From Rhizophagus irregularis (Eukaryota): DNA of 64,000 nucleotides. The notes below the pieces were generated by a model. The model was given only the letters and a program-made list of their open reading frames with translations. It did not search any database and was not told the origin of the DNA. Position 1 is the stretch's first letter. Each line of letters opens with the position of its first letter. The position numbers and the translations under genes are program-made. Shown here piece after piece: positions 56,561 to 64,000 of the stretch. The stretch covers positions 4,650,001 through 4,714,000 of the forward strand of contig NC_089433.1 in NCBI RefSeq assembly GCF_026210795.1, written 5' to 3'.

Positions 56561-59156
56561 CTATCTCATGTGATTTTCTTCTTCACATGTGATATCCTTT
56601 ATTTCATTCCTTTGTTGAGTTTCTTTCCTTAATAACTTATCAACTCAACAAAAATCCATCACCGTTGGTTCCACAATTTCTGTGTCCAAGTTCAATTCTT
56701 GGAGGTGATTTTCTTTATCTTCTTTTTTCAATTTTCTTTCTTCTTTTATAGGAGTTCCAGACGAAATTATAAACTAGACTTTAGGTAGAAAATATTTTAT
56801 TATTTGTTTTTTTTAGTAGTATTTTTAATATTACTTATTTTTCTTTTTCTTTTAGGGATTGCTGAGACGAACTGGACTCCTGTGTTATAAAACAAATGAT
56901 CACACAGCAAAGTTTGTGCGTCTATATAGTACATTCAGTATTCTTTGCACAAAGAGTAATAAAATTTTTATCACGTTGTTCTTAGTGGCGATTATGACGT
57001 TCATTTGAAGAATCTCTCACTCCAAGACAGGTGATAAAACAGAGAATCTAACAATGATGGTATTTTCAGTTTTTTCGTGTGTCATTTACAAATTACAAAT
57101 TACAAATTATATATTATAGATTATAAAATTATAGATTCGTTTTATATATTATTTATTATGAATTTTATATAAACAAATAGTTAAAGCCTTTTACGTGAAA
57201 CTTTGTCTATACACGCCTTACATAAAGCATATTTATTACAGGTATTTGCTTTTTAATTAAGAACTTCTTTATATACTGTTAGTTGATGCTTTCCCATTTT
57301 CAGTTAAAAGTATGCAGACATACAATGATATAAACAGTACAGACTACACGAACTGATACTTAAAATTTTATTTAAAATTTGTTTAATTTAATTGGCCAAA
57401 ATTTGTACAACTCAGTCCAATTCCAATTGACAAAAGTCCATTTGACTGGACCGTCCAGTCCAGTGACCAACACTGTACATAGTATATAAATAGAATCTAA
57501 CGCATTAAACGCTGTTAATGTGAAATAAAATTATTATAATTATGGAATCAGAAATCTTAGCTAGCCTACCAATAAATGATAATAATATAAAATAGAAAAT
57601 AGCAACATATTAAAATATTGCAGTCAAATTACGTGATGCATAATTTTGAGAGATTATTGTTGACACGCTTTTCGTATTAATAATCTTAAGTAGTTAAGTT
57701 TCGTTTTATGAGTAAAATAAAAAATGCGATTTTATTGAATTTGAAAATTATAATGTTTGCCACATTTAAAATCATCATTATTTTTTATATCAATCAAAAG
57801 ATTTAAGAGAATTTAGATTTTTTATGATTTTATATTTTCTTGAAGAATTTTTAGAAATTGGTACAATTCAACATACACATCTGAAAAAGAGATGAGAAGA
57901 TAACCACTTGAGAGGATGGCTGTTAGCATTATCTCATTATCATCTGACCAAACCGAAATTGGATTAGCCACAAAAATCTCATTCAGCCATTGGTACGCAC
58001 ACATAACCACGATAGTATTTTTAATCATAATAAATACAGGAAAGATCGGGCGCAAATCATCCATATTACACAATTCTAAATTTTTGAATCCAAATCAAAA
58101 TATTTATATATAATAACTAACGGTGTGAAAAAATAAAATGGGGATGAACTGTTTTTTAGTTTTTCATGCATATTACTAATATTCAAATGACTTTTTTTAA
58201 TTTAATTATATTCAATATATAAAATAAAAATTATGTTATTACTTTTGAAATCAATGAAAAAGAAAAAAATATCTTGATTCTTTTGTATTAAACACATTTT
58301 TTTAGTAGCATCATTTTTATTCTGAGTAAAAAATTTTGCTCACAAAAGTTTAGATATTAAATTAATTGTGTATTTAAATACCAAACAAAAAAAAAAAAAT
58401 GGTTAAATTAACTTTTTTTAAAAAAAAGAATCTTTTCTTTATGTAAGAAAATTTCTTTAAGAGGTTTTTTAAAAGTTGATCTCGCCTCTAAAATAAAAAG
58501 TTCAAATTTTTATTAAATTTTTTTTTTTTTTTTTGATGACATTCTTTTTTTTTTCAAAAACTATTTGAATAAAATCGGCAAATTTAGCAAGTTAGAAAAA
58601 TAAATATTTCTATTTTGCATAAACTATTTGTAATACGTATTCAAAAAAATCATTGTATCTGATTCGTTCATTTATGCATATATGGAAATTTGAGCAACTA
58701 AAAAAAAGTTGTGAAACAAATAAAAAGAGTTTTTTTGCGTAACAAATTGTTGCGTAAACTATATATAAACCATTCGTTAAGGGAGAATAGGCGTTATGTT
58801 CTTGGATTGACACGTTATTTTTATTCCTATATCTACAATCTAAGATATTAAATTTGTAGGCAAAGCTCAACAAAGAATATACTTTGCAAGTGTTTTGATG
58901 AGGGTAATTTTATTCAAATATACATATATATATGTATAAATTTGTACCACTATATTTGAGAAAGTACCAGATAGGGGAAATTAGTATCTGTTTTTAATGT
59001 ACGATAAATCGAAAAAAAATCAATTATCAAACATATTTAGCTAATTTTGTAATTACTGGAAGTCGCATTAGTGATTTTGGTTATTTGAAGTTATATTTAA
59101 ACAACCTTTATTCGTTGAGGTAGATACCACTCATCATACTAATAAAGTTCTTTAGT

Positions 59157-60344
59157 ATGGGCAACATTTCTAGTAGCAATCCAAAGTACACTTCAGCAAG
59201 CAACAGTCCAAACAATAGTACAAACGAAAACGACAGTACAAACGATGGTCCAAGCGACAGTTCAAACGAAAGTTCGAGTGATAGTACAACTAGCAGCAGT
59301 TCAAGAGATATTATTTTGTATAATGAAATCAAAAATAAATTAAAAGATGAGGAACTTTGTAAGTCACTTGAGGAGAGGGAACTCAATGAATTGATACTTA
59401 ATCTTGGGGATGAAACAAGATTTCTAAATCAATATCTCCAGCTTGGTGATAATCATTTGAACCAAATCACTAACGATCTGCGAACATTAGTTCAAAATAA
59501 TAATTTTTCCATTATTTCCTTAGGCGAGTACTATGTGAGGAACCTGCTAAGGAAACACAGAAGGAAATCCGACAAATTCAACATTTATTTGTTTATTAGC
59601 AAGCTTCGAGATGATCGTTCTGACAGTCCATTTCTTCGATTTTTTGCAAAATCTCTGCTTAGAAATAAATACGGAATGTTCCACGTTGGATTGGAAATAG
59701 ATGGAATTATTCTAGAATGGGGCACTGGTGATGCTGGTCCTCATCTTATTTATCCAAGGGTCAATACAAAACGATTATGTGAGAAGCTTGCACACATACG
59801 CGTCAATTACGGTCAAGAATTTAACCTTATAACTACTTTCTCGGAGACTTGGTATCACAAACTATATAATTACATCTTAAACAAAATGAGAAAGTTTCTA
59901 TCTTTTGTTCCGAAAATTGGCTCTATTTCTTCTGATAAATTACAAATCATTGCCCGAAAATGCGTTTATTGGAATAAGAATTTTAATTACAATCCATTAA
60001 GACGTAATTGTCAACATTTTATTGAAGAAATACTCGAAGCACTTGGTCTAACATTCAATCCTGAAGGCGAGTTCAAAAAGTTCCTGGATAGAATTGTTAA
60101 TTATGCGGATGATAGTTTCTTATTCCAAGAGGAAGAGTTTCTTTCGAGACAAGATCTCGATCAATTTGCTGATAAGAATTGGGATAAGATCTCAAATGTT
60201 TGGGACAAAAGATTACTTCTATGTTATTCGGATATGATGAATAATATGTATGAGTATAAACATGACAAAAAATGGGAAAAATGGGGTCCTATGAATAGCA
60301 AAGAAAAATGGGTAGAAAGAGAAAACGAACTAAGGACGGATTAA
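59157..60344 (+). CDS. Permuted papain-fold (PPPDE/DeSI/LRAT-like) thiol peptidase-like protein, 395 aa, intronless
   Basis: Catalytic His in GMFHVGLEIDGIILEWG precedes Cys in YNPLRRNCQHFIEEIL. N-terminal MGNISS myristoylation-like motif and a Ser-rich linker. Confidence 0.75.
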   Translation: MGNISSSNPKYTSASNSPNNSTNENDSTNDGPSDSSNESSSDSTTSSSSRDIILYNEIKNKLKDEELCKSLEERELNELILNLGDETRFLNQYLQLGDNHLNQITNDLRTLVQNNNFSIISLGEYYVRNLLRKHRRKSDKFNIYLFISKLRDDRSDSPFLRFFAKSLLRNKYGMFHVGLEIDGIILEWGTGDAGPHLIYPRVNTKRLCEKLAHIRVNYGQEFNLITTFSETWYHKLYNYILNKMRKFLSFVPKIGSISSDKLQIIARKCVYWNKNFNYNPLRRNCQHFIEEILEALGLTFNPEGEFKKFLDRIVNYADDSFLFQEEEFLSRQDLDQFADKNWDKISNVWDKRLLLCYSDMMNNMYEYKHDKKWEKWGPMNSKEKWVERENELRTD

Positions 60345-63300
60345 AAATTACTGCACCATATAGAACTGACTGAAAATTGATTCATAAGAGTTATTTTATT
60401 TTTTTATTACCGTTATGTATTGATATTTTATTTCATGTTTAAAAAACAAATTATCAAGAAAGTAAATAGGAAAAAAGTAAATAAATTTATGCGACAGACT
60501 GTGGCATATAATATTAATAATCATTTTTTATAGTATGATCCCGAATTTCATTCTAAAGCTCTTTATAATGAACTAAATAAAATAAATTTTTATTCAATAT
60601 TTAATCTAAACATAAAAAGTGGTTTATTGAATAATAATAAGTTACTACTTTTTCCATTCTTATTGTGGTTTTCAAATATTTTTAACATCGTGCAACAATT
60701 ATTCTAAATAATTTATAAAATTATGTAAGATAATTTTCACCCAAAAGTGCATCAGAAACAAATATTTGTACGTTCGTATGTATAAAAAATAGAGTTTATT
60801 AATTATGCGTAACATCACATTATTTTCTTATACAGTTTAACAAAAGATTAAGTCGATAAAATTATTACGCACTGACTAGGTATCCCATTATAATATACAT
60901 GAGTATGATATGTGGCTAAAATTTTAATTCTGGTAGAATTAGGCTAATTCCGGCCAATTTTTCCATGTTCCGTATAATTCAATTTTAAATAGGGTAAATT
61001 GATTTATGCTCGGGGTATTTTAGTCGGTGCTATACGACAATCTATATATATTGTAAATGTTAACTTTTGAACAACATGTATCACGAAAATCATTATTATG
61101 CCACAATGGTAAGTAAAGAATTAAAATTTGCTCTTTAACCAAGGTTGAATTATACATTCGGAAGAAATCAGATAAAAATCTGAACATAAGGAAATTTGCG
61201 GGTTCGAGGAAATTGATGAAATTAAAGTCGTTAAGGGAGATTACTTTCTAAATTAATTGAAGTTGTTCAGCAAGGTCGAAACTACTTATATATTAATTTT
61301 TATGGGGATGATCTGTTGACAACATAATGAACTCTGACCACAGTTTCATGATGTAGTTATTCATGATAACATAGCTACTAAAACTAATCGTTATAATTTT
61401 AAAACAAGAATTATTACCCAGGTTTTAACTAAATATGAACAATTTAGTAATATTCAGGAAATTATTATTGGGAAGATTGAAAAGTATATCATGTAAGCTA
61501 GAAAAATCCTCTTGAAACATTGAAATGTTTTCCATGTAAAGAAAAACTAAATTTTTCAATCCACTATAACTGAGTAATCGGACTAATATACATATATACA
61601 AAAAAATAAATTACAACTACTTAGAAAACAAATGAGGGAAAAGCAAGATCGCTAAAAAAAAACCCTAAATGAATTCTATCAAAGTTAATTATCTAACTAA
61701 AGACAGATTAATCCCCTCCGTACTATACCCCAGTAAACCAAGGTAAAACCTTCCTTCGGCGAAATCTGCGGTCTCTAGTTAGTTTTCTCGCATGCGAGTA
61801 CCGCCCGCCACCAAAATTACGTCAACGGCGTTAAATTCTTTAATTATAATTTTATACATTCAAAAATTTTAAATGTTTTCAATGTTTTCACATTTTAATA
61901 AATAAACAATGTTCATTATAAGTAAATATAAAAAATATTCATTGGATAGTAAAAAAATATTTAATACATAAATGCGCATCATCTATTGCGGCTAAAATTA
62001 CGTGTAACGCAAGTTGATATGCAATGTCTGGATGTCCGTTCGGTAAAAGTGTCATTCTAAATAAAATAAAATAAATATGTTCATCAAGAATCATACTATG
62101 AACATGTCGAGAATGATATTTCGTGACATTGTGCAACAAAAAAAACGTTAAATGGCATTCGGACTATACCGGTTTCCGTTTCCTAGTTATTAGTTGTATT
62201 ATTAATCATTTTTCTTCGCATATGCGATAAATAATAAATCTCTTTTTTTACAAATATATATATACTCTCAACTATCCTACTCCCAACTTTCCTCTAAAAA
62301 AAATACTACAGTATCTAAAAAAAGAATACTTTCTCTAAAAAAATTACTATCTCTAAGAAAAACCTCTCTGTATATAGAAATATAGAGTTTATTGGACGTC
62401 GATAGAAGGGAAAGAGCAACATAAAAAATTATTTTTAAATAAATAATGAATAATAAAATATCATTTTTTTTAATCATTTATTTTTGTTGCACCGTGCGAG
62501 GTATTTTTTTATTTTTTCATGCACAAGAGTAATGGGTATCAATACTGTATCGGTAAGAAAAAATTCATTATCATATCAGATATTATGTTCATGAGTTAAG
62601 ATAGTATTTATCTCTTTTTTTATTTACTTATTTGACATTAGAACGTTACTGGTTTTCTAGATGAGATAGTAACAGGTAAATTTTTAAATCAATATTTATT
62701 GTGTCTTAAAATAAAATGATACTTCATTAGAAAAAATAGTTAAAAAGAAAGTTTTTCTTTTGTTATGATATTTGAAGGGGTAGCGTATGATAGTAATAAA
62801 GGACATTTCTATTTTTATGAAACTATATTCCGATAATTTTTTTCATGTACACAATATCCACGATCAACATATAATCGGCAAATGCAGTTAACTAAATAAA
62901 TACATAATGTATAGCCATATTCATCTAAACGATACGCATACTGAAACTTCTAAAAATTCTGTTTATAATATTAATAACCTGACTTTTTAGTTCAAAATTC
63001 TTGAATTATAAGAAATTTTAAACCTAATTCCAACATAAACGACGACGTACTGAGTCCTCTTCATTATTTTTATTTCGAAAATTCAAATTACGTCGATCAT
63101 TTATTATTCACAATTATACTAACCTCAGCGAAGCATAATATGAATTCAATAACTTTCTATAAAAGGTTAATCACATTTCTTTCAATAATCGGACATTACT
63201 CTTTTTTTAGTTAGTATATTCCTCATTAAAAATATAATGAATTTCTTTTTTTGTAAATAAAGAATAACTTGTTTCACTTAAAAAGCAATAATATATTCCT

Positions 63301-63626
63301 TTATTTGTTATTGACATAGAAATACGATAATTCCCTATAAAAGGCTAACCAAATTATTTCAATGACCGGATATTATTCTTCTTTTGGTTATCATATACCT
63401 ATTTTGAAATCACAATCCATATTATGCCCCCGTTCGTTATTAGATTAAGATAACCTTTTTTACTTACAAACAAGTAAAAATATTCCTTTAGTAGATTCAA
63501 TACAGTTGCGATAATTCTTCTATAAAAATCTCTATACTTTTTCATTTTTTTGAAAATTCGTTTCGTTATTAGAAAAAATAAACTTTTATTTATAAACTGA
63601 TAAATATTCCTTTAATTGCTTTCAAT

Positions 63627-64000
63627 ATGGAAGAAATTAAGATCGATGATGATGTTTTCAACCAATTAAAAGAACTTCACGGTCAATTAACTGAAGAACA
63701 AAATTTGTTAATAGACAAATTAATATTAAATGATGAATTAAAAGAACGTTTTAAAGCGTTTCATTTATGTGATGAATGTAAACAACCTAACACCGGTAAT
63801 GATTGGTGTCAATCATGTAATGCTAATCGTTTTAAACTAAATTTCAAAAATTGGTCTAGCGGAAACGATATCATTGATGAGTTTATTCAAAAAGCGCAAC
63901 TTGAGGCTAAACATTATCGTGGAGTATTAGAATGGATTGATTATGATAGATTTGAAGACGTTAAATATTTGACCAAGGGAGGATTCGGTATTACTTATAA
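63627..64000 (+). CDS. TKL protein kinase, N-terminal part, truncated by the window end
   Basis: MEEIKIDDD...LCDECKQPNTGNDWCQSCN...NWSSGNDIIDEFIQ...LEWIDYDRFEDVKYLTKGGFG, open to the end of the window. Confidence 0.88.
   Translation, partial: MEEIKIDDDVFNQLKELHGQLTEEQNLLIDKLILNDELKERFKAFHLCDECKQPNTGNDWCQSCNANRFKLNFKNWSSGNDIIDEFIQKAQLEAKHYRGVLEWIDYDRFEDVKYLTKGGFGITY

Overview
Very AT-rich eukaryotic DNA with short GT-AG introns. The gene families (BTB-BACK-TLDc, MATA-type HMG box, tandem tyrosine-kinase-like kinases, F-box/LRR) point to an arbuscular mycorrhizal fungus (Glomeromycotina, Rhizophagus-like); this is inferred from gene content. Supported genes: BTB/TLDc (partial), HMG box, a 4-exon gene at 19.9-22.1 kb, two tandem TKL kinases plus a kinase pseudogene and a partial kinase at the right edge, a small secreted 8-Cys protein, F-box/LRR head-to-head with a 9-exon PP2C, a secreted aspartic protease, a low-complexity hypothetical protein and an intronless PPPDE-like peptidase. 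The ~6-19 kb block is CpG-poor and holds decayed ORFs and transposon fragments, and several MITEs lie between genes. The top candidate for novelty is the intact, spliced 663-aa gene at 19901-22111: it joins a Pol-beta-type nucleotidyltransferase motif to a domain resembling an uncharacterised bacteriophage family (recalled as DUF7275-like). Next are tandem ~108-bp hairpin units with pairing-preserving differences at 56.3-56.65 kb. All family calls come from motif recognition by eye; no database search was run.
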